64,000 nt of DNA from a virus. Made by a program: the position numbers and the translations under genes. Shown here piece after piece: positions 50,362 through 59,636 of this stretch (its first letter is position 1; each line of letters opens with the position of its first letter). Location: IMG/VR virus record IMGVR_UViG_3300025082_002887, positions 20,702 through 84,701 of that record; one strand, 5' to 3'. The notes under the pieces are model-generated. The model was not told the origin of the DNA and searched no databases. It saw only the letters and a list, made by a program, of their open reading frames with translations.

Positions 50362-53300
50362 GTTATGAATTTAATGGATTGCTCGATTCTGTGCTACCAA
50401 ATGTTTACATTAATAAAATTACTTTGGAACAACTCAATTCACAGCCCCCCTCACATAATAAATATGATGTAACACCTCATATTGATCAATCAAAAACACC
50501 AGAACGCGAGGTGCAAGTAACTGCAACCACGACTGAAATAGTAACGGAACCAAATTTAACTGCAGGGTATGGTAGTTACGAAGATAAGCTAAGAGTCATT
50601 TTTGATTTATTTTTAGAAATACCAAACGTCGATAGCGATGATTTTTGGAGTTTTCTTTTTGATGACGATATAACAAAACACTTGTCACTTAAATTATTAG
50701 TATTGGCCGGCGCCGGCGGCAAAGAACAGTACCTACGCTTATTGAACCCAGCCAACACCTGGGCCCAAGTAACAGACGTAGTAGACTTATTAGAAAATGG
50801 TAATCCTGTTGATTGGGATTTAGTAGAGCACGATGATTATCACTACGAAAATAAAACATCACTATTTGCAGAACTAATCGATCCTGGTAAATTTATAGGA
50901 AGCAAGACAGCAGACACTGGAGATATTAGCGATTCACAAAGACTTGCTTACGTTAAACAAAAATATGCAAAAACATTACCAGACGGCACAGTTGTATATA
51001 AAATTCCTATTAGAATGGAGGCGCGCCTAAATGGTGCTTTTCCTACTGATCTAGCTGCTATAGCATATTGTGGCTTGGATGTGAGCGAAATATTTCAAGG
51101 CATGGCGTCCGCCGGCGCCTCCGGGGCGCAGATAAACCTTGCAAAAACTAATGCTTTTGGGCGTATGGCAATGGAAGTAATCATCCAAAACAAGAGAATT
51201 CAACAAAGTGGGATGATATTTTTTGTTTCAAACGATCAAAGCGTTGCAACAGACCAAGACCTTTCTGCAAAGCGAGAAGCCGCCTTTAATCATCTTAAGG
51301 GGCAACTTTGGTTTGGGAACGTTCAATTAAAAAAACTTCCAAAAAAAGATCGTTACATGGCCGGGAGTAATCAAAAAGGTTATGAATCTACTGAAGCTAT
51401 GAAGCCTTTTTTAGATTACGTAACTGTACCAAATAGACGAATACAAGACTTTAGACAAGTGGCAACGATACAAAAACAAATAGCCAACTTTAATCCTGTA
51501 ACAAATTTAGTGTTTGGAGGAGACTATATTGACTTGAGAGCTAAAGCAACCGGCACTTCTTTTGAAAATTTAGCAGTATTTTCAAATCTGTTATCATCGG
51601 TTGATAAATTTGAACATATTAAATTATTTTTTAGTATTGACTGGGGCAAATTAATTAAAAAATATTGTGCCATCCCAGCGCTATTAGATAAACTTTCACA
51701 GCCCGGCGCCCCAGGAATAAATCAACTACTTGGTGATTCCCCATCTCCCCTTTCTTTTAAAGTTTATAGAAAACGAGTGGATGCTGGTAGTGAAGTTGGA
51801 GACAATACCAATGAGCAATTGATTTACAATGGATATCCCAATCTTTATTATTTCGGCGCCTATCATCCGGATGTAGGAGCTGCTGGTAAACCCACTATTT
51901 CTTCTTTGGCGCCAGTGAAGCTCGACTCCGCTGCAACTTCTTTTAATGGCTATCATCGACACTACTCTTTTACAGACTATGGTGTGAATAGAGGAAAAGG
52001 TAATTTTAAATATTCAATTGAAATTGAAATATATGATCCAACGTTAGATTATTTTAAAGACCAACTTAAATTAGCAAAATTAGCTATTAGTAAATTAAAA
52101 AAATATATGTATCTTGCAAACGGTACGCATGGTAATCAACTTTATTATAATTCTTATCTAGGAGAATTTGAAGAAGAGTTTAAAATATTAGCCACTAGCG
52201 GGACTGATAAAATTGAGGGTTTGGGCTTTGGAGACACACTGCCAAGCCCCATTTCGGATGCGCTAGGAACACTTCAGTTTATGACAGGGATTTTACGTTC
52301 AAATTATACCGCGGCGAACGCTGCAATTGAGACTGTAGATACTAAACCGTCAATTGGTGGTTTGACGCCCGCCATCACAAATATGTTAAACCCCTATACA
52401 GCAACTCCGGATTCTATAACAGCCGTGTATGAAATATTTACTACATTAACAGCTCAATTGAGAAACTTTATAAAATCTTTTTCTACTGTCAAAAAACCTA
52501 AAATAGATAGCGCACTCGGCGCGAGCGGAAACAAAATAGAAGAAAATTTTACTACAACGCCTGTGGGAGCAGCTACCCCAGAAAGAAAAATAATGATCAG
52601 ACATGATTTTGATGATCTAGCAGAGCTTGTAGATACAACTCAAATGGCCGCAGGCTATGATTTTTTTGCCGATCTTAAGAACACTTCTAAATACGGAGTT
52701 GGCTTAAAACTTATACCATATGATTCTTATAGCGAGAAGTCGATATCAGAAACCTTAAAATATTTTGCCATTGAGGGATCATCTCCCCATCTTAGAATCC
52801 CTCTCCAGTTATCCTCACTAGCTGATGACAAAGGAAAGATTCTTTCCGGAAAATCTGTTTTTGCAGATACAGAATTTACACAAGGACAATTTTTTACTTT
52901 AGGAACAAATAGTCCCGGATCCCCCAGCAACCCTTTTGGCACTCAATTTACAAAATTACCTAAATCTATTAAATCTGCTAATGAAGAAAACGAACCATGG
53001 AAACTCATAAATAATGTAATTCGATACAAACTTAATTTGCTAGGGAACCCAGGAAAGTATTCTTATCTTGGTTATGACGACAACGATAATATTCCAGGTA
53101 GTGAATTTATAGGGCCAACAATGGAAAGAATTCTTAAAGAGTACCAGACACTGGCTCACAAAGGAGCAGTTTTTGTCCATGAACAGTATGCAAAGCCTGG
53201 CGACCCAGCAATGTCTAAAGGCATTATTGGGCCTTTAGACTACGTGGCTAGTGATTCCGAACCAGTACAAGACGAGCAAGCGCCCCCCCCAGAATCAGAA

Positions 53301-54122
53301 TCCAGCGATAATCCGCTACCACCATACTACTCCTCCCAACTCTGGTTCCTCCCGGAGCCCGCAACTAAAGTTCCATGGGCAGCAAACGTAGGCCAAGAAA
53401 GATTTTTATTAGCATTAATTATGCAAAGCTGTTTCAATCTAAAATTTAATGATATAAAATTAGGTTCATTTAACGCAAACATAATTAAAAGCATTACAAG
53501 CAAGTATTTAAGTAGCTTTGTTCCATCCAAGGATAAAGGCTTTAAAATAAGTATAAAGAAGACTTGGGAGCCATGGGTCAAAGCGGCGCTTGATAATTTA
53601 CCAAATCAAATTTTAGTTTTGGTAGCAAATCATAATAAAAACATAAAGAGTAATATAAATCCAAAAATGTATTATCTTGGCAATGACAAGCTTTATAATA
53701 GTGCAGAGGAGGGGACCGACCAAGAAACAATGTTTGCACAGGATTTCGGCACCTTTTGGTTTCAACACCAGAATTTGGTAGAGGTACAATATTTGAGTGG
53801 CTATAAAAAAGTTACGCAAGGAGGAAACCTAAACAAATATGAAAACAGTATGGGCAGTTCTGTCATTAACTCACCTGTATGGAAGCCACTAAAAGCCAAG
53901 ACTGCTCAAAATTTTAACAAAGACGCAGATGGTTTATTATTGTGCCGACTTAAAAAATACAGACATCCGCTTTTTACTAATAAGCGCGCCTATGATATTT
54001 TAGATTTGCCTCTTTATGATGAACATTTTCTCATGCTTGTTGGATCTCAATTAAATGCGCGCGACGCGCTCCAGCCGTACCCGCCGTCGCTCATGATTAA
54101 GACACAGGAGCCGTCCATATAA
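50358..54122 (+). CDS. Large hypothetical structural protein
   Basis: Long ORF in the tail module. The ATG at 50358 forms an ATGA overlap with the upstream stop. Confidence 0.7.
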   Translation: MSYEFNGLLDSVLPNVYINKITLEQLNSQPPSHNKYDVTPHIDQSKTPEREVQVTATTTEIVTEPNLTAGYGSYEDKLRVIFDLFLEIPNVDSDDFWSFLFDDDITKHLSLKLLVLAGAGGKEQYLRLLNPANTWAQVTDVVDLLENGNPVDWDLVEHDDYHYENKTSLFAELIDPGKFIGSKTADTGDISDSQRLAYVKQKYAKTLPDGTVVYKIPIRMEARLNGAFPTDLAAIAYCGLDVSEIFQGMASAGASGAQINLAKTNAFGRMAMEVIIQNKRIQQSGMIFFVSNDQSVATDQDLSAKREAAFNHLKGQLWFGNVQLKKLPKKDRYMAGSNQKGYESTEAMKPFLDYVTVPNRRIQDFRQVATIQKQIANFNPVTNLVFGGDYIDLRAKATGTSFENLAVFSNLLSSVDKFEHIKLFFSIDWGKLIKKYCAIPALLDKLSQPGAPGINQLLGDSPSPLSFKVYRKRVDAGSEVGDNTNEQLIYNGYPNLYYFGAYHPDVGAAGKPTISSLAPVKLDSAATSFNGYHRHYSFTDYGVNRGKGNFKYSIEIEIYDPTLDYFKDQLKLAKLAISKLKKYMYLANGTHGNQLYYNSYLGEFEEEFKILATSGTDKIEGLGFGDTLPSPISDALGTLQFMTGILRSNYTAANAAIETVDTKPSIGGLTPAITNMLNPYTATPDSITAVYEIFTTLTAQLRNFIKSFSTVKKPKIDSALGASGNKIEENFTTTPVGAATPERKIMIRHDFDDLAELVDTTQMAAGYDFFADLKNTSKYGVGLKLIPYDSYSEKSISETLKYFAIEGSSPHLRIPLQLSSLADDKGKILSGKSVFADTEFTQGQFFTLGTNSPGSPSNPFGTQFTKLPKSIKSANEENEPWKLINNVIRYKLNLLGNPGKYSYLGYDDNDNIPGSEFIGPTMERILKEYQTLAHKGAVFVHEQYAKPGDPAMSKGIIGPLDYVASDSEPVQDEQAPPPESESSDNPLPPYYSSQLWFLPEPATKVPWAANVGQERFLLALIMQSCFNLKFNDIKLGSFNANIIKSITSKYLSSFVPSKDKGFKISIKKTWEPWVKAALDNLPNQILVLVANHNKNIKSNINPKMYYLGNDKLYNSAEEGTDQETMFAQDFGTFWFQHQNLVEVQYLSGYKKVTQGGNLNKYENSMGSSVINSPVWKPLKAKTAQNFNKDADGLLLCRLKKYRHPLFTNKRAYDILDLPLYDEHFLMLVGSQLNARDALQPYPPSLMIKTQEPSI

Positions 54123-54139
54123 TTATATTTTTATTAAAA

Positions 54140-54150
54140 CTAATTAATTA
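54140..54150 (+). promoter_or_regulatory. Putative late promoter motif
   Basis: CTAATTAATTA directly before the RBS of 54163. Confidence 0.45.
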
Positions 54151-54162
54151 GAGGAGTACAAT

Positions 54163-54456
54163 ATGGCAGTTAAAGCAACAGAATTATATAATGCAGACTT
54201 TTTTTCACAGGTAGGAACTGAATATATTTGTACTGGTTTTATGTTTGGGATGGTCCCAGAAGCCACTATGGATAAACAATTAACAAAAGCCGGCGTTTTT
54301 ATGGCCGGCCAAGTCGCCACCACGGGCAAGCAGGGAGAAGCTCTCACTGGACACTCGGCAGACAAATATGGATATATAGCTCAGCAAAAAGGAGGAGGCG
54401 CCTCCACACCTGGAACAACCGGAATGGGCGGTTCGAAAGGGGGAGGAAGCTACTAA
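54163..54456 (+). CDS. Small Gly-rich hypothetical protein
   Basis: GAGGAG RBS, upstream late-promoter-like motif, fills the gap between two large genes. Confidence 0.6.
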   Translation: MAVKATELYNADFFSQVGTEYICTGFMFGMVPEATMDKQLTKAGVFMAGQVATTGKQGEALTGHSADKYGYIAQQKGGGASTPGTTGMGGSKGGGSY

Positions 54457-54459
54457 AAT

Positions 54460-57400
54460 ATGGCTTTTTTCACAACAAAAACTGGCGATGTTTATGAACA
54501 AGATATTGCCAATAATGAGTTAATTAAAGCCGCTCAAGCTGAATTAATTTTTATACCTTTTGGAGTCCCATGGATCACCCTTGGGATTACCGACGCAACG
54601 AAATACAATGCATATGCTCGCGCATGGTGGCCCGGCGGCCGCGGCTCCAAAGGAATGAGCAATTATTATCCATATGGTTTAACAGCAATTGCGAATGAAA
54701 CAACTGCATGGGACTTTGCTGATGAAACTGGCGTCATCGACCAAAACATGGGCATAGAAGGAACAAATCTGGATAATGAATTCGTTGCGCCACCTCCCGG
54801 AACCATTGGCGAAGCACAAGCAGATCCCTTAAGAACTCTTTTTTTTACAAGATTCGTAGATAACCGCGCGAATGTGGAGAGCGCCGGCGTCCCAACCGCC
54901 ACCATCGGATTGGAAAAAAGAATAGATTGGGCGCCGTACTTCGGGACGGCTCCTCCAACGCCCCATGGGGCGTTGGGTGCACCATGGTCTGGCAGTGTCT
55001 CCGATGGGCTCGCGCTGGCCTGGTACAAGAGTAGCCATCTTCTCCCGGGAGAAGATGGTGTCATTAGAATAACAGAAAAATCAGGTTTTGAGGAACGTAT
55101 AAGCAAATTAGATGCGATGGGATATACCTATATGACACCTAAATCATACCGCGATGCAACTTTTTCAATAAAAAAACCGTTTGTTGAAGTCGCGTACGGG
55201 GAAGCTTTAGGAGAAAAAATTGGGATATCCGACCCCGTAAAAGTTAAAGCACATTATAATTTTTATTTGCAACCATATGAAAACGTTGTGAGTACTTTAG
55301 AAATAGGTTCAGATACCACCGCTGGCCCCACGCAATTGCCAGAAACAGTATTACCAAATATATATACTTTAATATCTGATTTAGAAAAAGAGGGTTTTGA
55401 AGAATATCAATTCGCAGAACAGTGGGCCCCCTGGAAAGCCGACCCCACTGAACAAAAGATTGCCGCTGAACAGCTAGCTAAAAAATGGAACTCGTCGGGT
55501 AATCGAGAATACTTTAACACCATGGCGACCATCTTCTCGACCATTGCCTCTCACGGCAATATCCCGCACACAGATATTGGGCGCCAAATTGATACAAAGA
55601 GATATTATACAACTGGTATGGCATCTAATAAGATAAAAGACTTTATGGATGAAGCCGACAAAACCAAAAAGCATTTTCCTATGTATGTTGATATAGAAGT
55701 ACCTCCCGCCAATCAAGGTAAAGTAGGTGCTATTTTACACAAGGCCGGCCTCATGGATCAATTTATGCAATTGATGATAGCGGCAATGTTTCCGCGACCA
55801 TACTACGCTTTGGCAACCGACAGCACGCCTTCTTTTTTTAGAAAAACATTTATAATTAAAAAAGATTCTTTTATTAAAGATGATCCTATTAATGGCTTAA
55901 ATTTAAGTGGTTGGCAAAATAGTCTTTATGAAGAACCATTAATCAAAATATGGCTAAATGAGATTCTTCTAGATGAAGGCTGGGAGGCTCCTCCTGATCT
56001 AGATAGCGAGCAGGCAGCTGTCCTAGAAGTACCTTCGGCGCTGAAAAATTGGTACATTACAGATAGCGACCCGGCGGGGTTTATGAATAAGCTTAATGAT
56101 CAAATTGGCAATGTCCCGTTCATACGACCAGTTATAATTGGAAAGAAAAAAGGAAGTCCAATCAAATTTATTAACAATATCAAATGGCTAGCTACAAAAA
56201 AGAAAATAAAAAAAATTATTAATGAAAAAACACGAAGTGTCAAAGAAATATATGACGGCGATTATGCATATTCTGAAGTGTTATTTTATGAAATAGCAAA
56301 ATTCCGCTCCACAAAAGATGAAAATGGAGTCGTCAAAGAAGCCGGCGGTACATTTGTACAGAATATCTTTTTACCGAACACACCAGGAATGGAAGTTCTC
56401 AAATATGTTGATACACAAGTTAAATACGGCGAAGAATATTATTATCAAGTTTATGCACACACTTTTGTTGTTGGAACTCAGTACCGGCTTTCTGATCAGA
56501 GTATCCAATTGGTGGATAAAAGTACGCTAACCGCAAAATTTAAATTTAAGCCTACCGTTTATCTAATGAGAGTACCTTATTATAATACTTATGTAACTAT
56601 GAATGGCGCAGTCACGGAGGAAGGCAATCCGATTACTAAAAATGTTTGGAATTGGAATCCATCTAAATTAGAAAGAACTCCAATACATGATATGCCTCCT
56701 GTTTTTCCAGATGCAGTATTCCTTCCTCTGTACGGCGAAAGAGACAAGATATTATTAAATACTAATTTTAATGTTGGAGAATATGAATTAGCACCAGTTT
56801 TTCTTGATGAAAAAGAAAAGGTGAATTTAGATAAGATAAGAAGAAACCAAAAAAAGATGCCGCCGTCGTCGGACGCCCCCGGCCCGCCAATAACTTTTAA
56901 GAGTGATGATTTTTGTGGACAAATAGAACTTTTAAGAATAGATAAAAAGCCAACTTCATACGCAGCTTTCGATCCCACTAATGACAGAATTGCTATTTTA
57001 GGAGGATCCTCTGCTTTTGGCTATATTGATGACACTCTGGAGCCAAATAAAGATTATTATTATGTTGTAAGAGCGAAAGATGTACATGGCAATTATTCAA
57101 ATCCTTCACCAATATATCAGGCTCGGCTTGTAGCTAGAGAAGGAGAAGCCCCTTACGCTATTTTTAAAATGTTTTTCATCGAAGAGGTAGAAGAAAAGAA
57201 ACCTGTAATACGAAAAAATTTAATGAAATACATAAGAATCCAACCGTCGTTTAAACAGACTTATATTAATGCCGGCGCATTAACTTCCGGACTTGATTCT
57301 GCGGAAGAGGTCAGTGACACTATTTTAAGCGCTAACCTTGGCGAAACAGGCTTAAAAACTGTTTTCGGAGAAAAATTTAAGATTCGGTTTACAAGCAAAA

Positions 57401-57513
57401 AGACGGGGAAAAAATTTGATTTAAATCTTAATATACAGTCTCCTTATATTGCCCCCGCAGAAAATAAAAGCACAAAAGGCGCTCAAGACGAGTACAGTTC
57501 AGGAAAATGTTAA
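54460..57513 (+). CDS. Large structural protein with C-terminal FN3/Ig-like segments
   Basis: YVDTQVKYGEEYYYQVYA and YIDDTLEPNKDYYYVVRAKDVHGNYSNPS resemble FN3 C-terminal strands. Confidence 0.65.
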   Translation: MAFFTTKTGDVYEQDIANNELIKAAQAELIFIPFGVPWITLGITDATKYNAYARAWWPGGRGSKGMSNYYPYGLTAIANETTAWDFADETGVIDQNMGIEGTNLDNEFVAPPPGTIGEAQADPLRTLFFTRFVDNRANVESAGVPTATIGLEKRIDWAPYFGTAPPTPHGALGAPWSGSVSDGLALAWYKSSHLLPGEDGVIRITEKSGFEERISKLDAMGYTYMTPKSYRDATFSIKKPFVEVAYGEALGEKIGISDPVKVKAHYNFYLQPYENVVSTLEIGSDTTAGPTQLPETVLPNIYTLISDLEKEGFEEYQFAEQWAPWKADPTEQKIAAEQLAKKWNSSGNREYFNTMATIFSTIASHGNIPHTDIGRQIDTKRYYTTGMASNKIKDFMDEADKTKKHFPMYVDIEVPPANQGKVGAILHKAGLMDQFMQLMIAAMFPRPYYALATDSTPSFFRKTFIIKKDSFIKDDPINGLNLSGWQNSLYEEPLIKIWLNEILLDEGWEAPPDLDSEQAAVLEVPSALKNWYITDSDPAGFMNKLNDQIGNVPFIRPVIIGKKKGSPIKFINNIKWLATKKKIKKIINEKTRSVKEIYDGDYAYSEVLFYEIAKFRSTKDENGVVKEAGGTFVQNIFLPNTPGMEVLKYVDTQVKYGEEYYYQVYAHTFVVGTQYRLSDQSIQLVDKSTLTAKFKFKPTVYLMRVPYYNTYVTMNGAVTEEGNPITKNVWNWNPSKLERTPIHDMPPVFPDAVFLPLYGERDKILLNTNFNVGEYELAPVFLDEKEKVNLDKIRRNQKKMPPSSDAPGPPITFKSDDFCGQIELLRIDKKPTSYAAFDPTNDRIAILGGSSAFGYIDDTLEPNKDYYYVVRAKDVHGNYSNPSPIYQARLVAREGEAPYAIFKMFFIEEVEEKKPVIRKNLMKYIRIQPSFKQTYINAGALTSGLDSAEEVSDTILSANLGETGLKTVFGEKFKIRFTSKKTGKKFDLNLNIQSPYIAPAENKSTKGAQDEYSSGKC

Positions 57514-57541
57514 TAAAGAAAGAAAAAACCAATAAAACTTA

Positions 57542-57552
57542 CTAATTATTTA
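57542..57552 (+). promoter_or_regulatory. Putative late promoter motif
   Basis: CTAATTATTTA before the RBS of 57571. Confidence 0.45.
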
Positions 57553-57570
57553 CAGTAAAGGAGTATTATT

Positions 57571-58515
57571 ATGGCATTTTTAGATAATAGTGGTGATATC
57601 ATTTTGGATGCAGTCTTAACAGATGCAGGCAGAAAGAGATTAGCAGAAGGCAATGGTTCATTTAGAATTACTAAATATGCCTTTGGTGATGATGAAATTG
57701 ATTATAGCAATTATAATGCTACAAACAGTAGTGGTAGCGCGTATTATGATTTAGAAATTTTACAAACTCCAATATTAGAAGCGTTTACAAACAACACCGC
57801 TACAATGAAATCAAAACTTGTTACATTAACAAATAATAATATTCTTTATTTGCCCATGACAGTGTTGAATACTTTGGACGAAACATGTCAAGTTAATACA
57901 CAAGTTGGCTCAGGGTCGCATATTGTATGTGTAGACGTAGATACAACTAACACGTTCTCTACAGAATTTAGCGCCGGCGGCGCAGGGTTTGGATATTATA
58001 TTGATGGAACCAATCCCGGCAGCACAAATAGCCGTGATATAAGAATAGATCAAGGACTTAATACACTTGAGATACCTGCCACTTATAAAATTGATGCGGA
58101 ACTACAAGAAAATCAGTATATTGTAGAAATTGATAATCGCTTCGGAACTATAACCACTAACAAGGGTAACGTCGCGCAATCATTTTCTTTTATTGATGAT
58201 GACAATATCGCTAGTTATTATTTGTCGACAACAGATTATGTTAATTCAACGGCTGCGCAACCAGTCGTCCTTGTTACAACCGACACAATAAACCAGGCGA
58301 TATCAGGGCCAAGAGGTACCCATTTAGTATTTAGAATACAAGCTTCTACTAATCTCAGAACAAGCAATTATTTGTTTGACAGACTTGGAAGCTCTTTTGG
58401 TATCACAGGCGCCGAAAGCTATACATTTAAATTTATAGATACTATAATAAGAGTTACTGGCGCAACCACAGGATATAAGTTGGATATTCCGGTTAGGTTT
58501 ATTAAGAAACAGTAA
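57571..58515 (+). CDS. Structural protein with a tail-collar-like N-terminal motif
   Basis: VLTDAGRKRLA...ITKYAFGDDE; AAGGAG RBS. Confidence 0.65.
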   Translation: MAFLDNSGDIILDAVLTDAGRKRLAEGNGSFRITKYAFGDDEIDYSNYNATNSSGSAYYDLEILQTPILEAFTNNTATMKSKLVTLTNNNILYLPMTVLNTLDETCQVNTQVGSGSHIVCVDVDTTNTFSTEFSAGGAGFGYYIDGTNPGSTNSRDIRIDQGLNTLEIPATYKIDAELQENQYIVEIDNRFGTITTNKGNVAQSFSFIDDDNIASYYLSTTDYVNSTAAQPVVLVTTDTINQAISGPRGTHLVFRIQASTNLRTSNYLFDRLGSSFGITGAESYTFKFIDTIIRVTGATTGYKLDIPVRFIKKQ

Positions 58516-58540
58516 TAACAAAAATTGAGGAAAAGCAAAT

Positions 58541-59632
58541 ATGGCTACAACATTTAAAACATTTCTAAATAATGACATTGCATCAGCAAGGACATTACTG
58601 CACGAAGCAATTCCAATCACAGGGTCGATTGTATCAGGAACATACGCCGGTAATAATATTAAAAATTATGCGCACGGAATGTTTCAATCAGTCTATGATT
58701 ATCCATATTTAAGCTCCTCTGCAAACCACATTTTTGATCTTACAGTGGGTCTTAGTTCAAACAGCGCCCTTAGCCAGTCCGGTACAGACACTAGTGTTGC
58801 CAACTATGTTTCAAGCCAGTTTACAAAAAAGCGCAATATTTATGATCAGATGGCACAAGTTCTGGTTCCTTACGACACCAGCGGGAATATTCAACCCTTT
58901 GATCAAGATGGAGATATTGTCGCCGGCGGAAATAAATTTAATGATTCGTTTTTTGTTAATTTCTCTCGACTCCTAAACAAAGACGAAGTTAAGAAAGGCA
59001 CATTTACAGTATCATTTTTTACTGGCGGCGCCCCCTCCCAGCCGACCGATATACTAACAATTTCTGACCATAACGCAGCCAACAGCTTTAAGGTCAATTC
59101 ACCAACTGGTGAATACGGGCTATTATATACCGGATCGCTGGACGCCGGCTCGGCAACAAAAGCCGTAGGCCATATCTATTATCAAGCAGGGATTGCAGTC
59201 ATAACAGCTAGCATTTTTAGTAATAATTTCCTGACGCCAACTCTGATGTGCGGCTTTGGGTCCGCCGATGGCGTGTACGACACAACTAATTATCAAGCTG
59301 TTTTGACGGCATCAACAATTCAGTCATTTTCTGATGGCCTTAGAAACAGACTATACAATATTTCGTTTAATAACACAACAGAACTAAATTCAACAATTTA
59401 CTTCTGTAGAGCAAATGTTGGAGATTATAACTATTCTTCAAATCCAACATATTTAAGTTCTAGTAAAATTATAGTGAAAGGAGATCAACCATTCGCGGAG
59501 CCGGTTTCATATATTACAACCATTGGCCTATATTCTCCAAATAATGAACTCTTGGCCGTTGCAAAACTTTCAGAACCTCTCAAGAAAACCCCCAGTAACG
59601 AACTTACGCTACGCGTTAGACTAGATTACTAA
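58541..59632 (+). CDS. Structural protein with a tail-collar-like C-terminal motif
   Basis: YITTIGLYSPNNELLAVAKLSEPLKK...LRVRLDY. Confidence 0.65.
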   Translation: MATTFKTFLNNDIASARTLLHEAIPITGSIVSGTYAGNNIKNYAHGMFQSVYDYPYLSSSANHIFDLTVGLSSNSALSQSGTDTSVANYVSSQFTKKRNIYDQMAQVLVPYDTSGNIQPFDQDGDIVAGGNKFNDSFFVNFSRLLNKDEVKKGTFTVSFFTGGAPSQPTDILTISDHNAANSFKVNSPTGEYGLLYTGSLDAGSATKAVGHIYYQAGIAVITASIFSNNFLTPTLMCGFGSADGVYDTTNYQAVLTASTIQSFSDGLRNRLYNISFNNTTELNSTIYFCRANVGDYNYSSNPTYLSSSKIIVKGDQPFAEPVSYITTIGLYSPNNELLAVAKLSEPLKKTPSNELTLRVRLDY

Positions 59633-59636
59633 TGAT

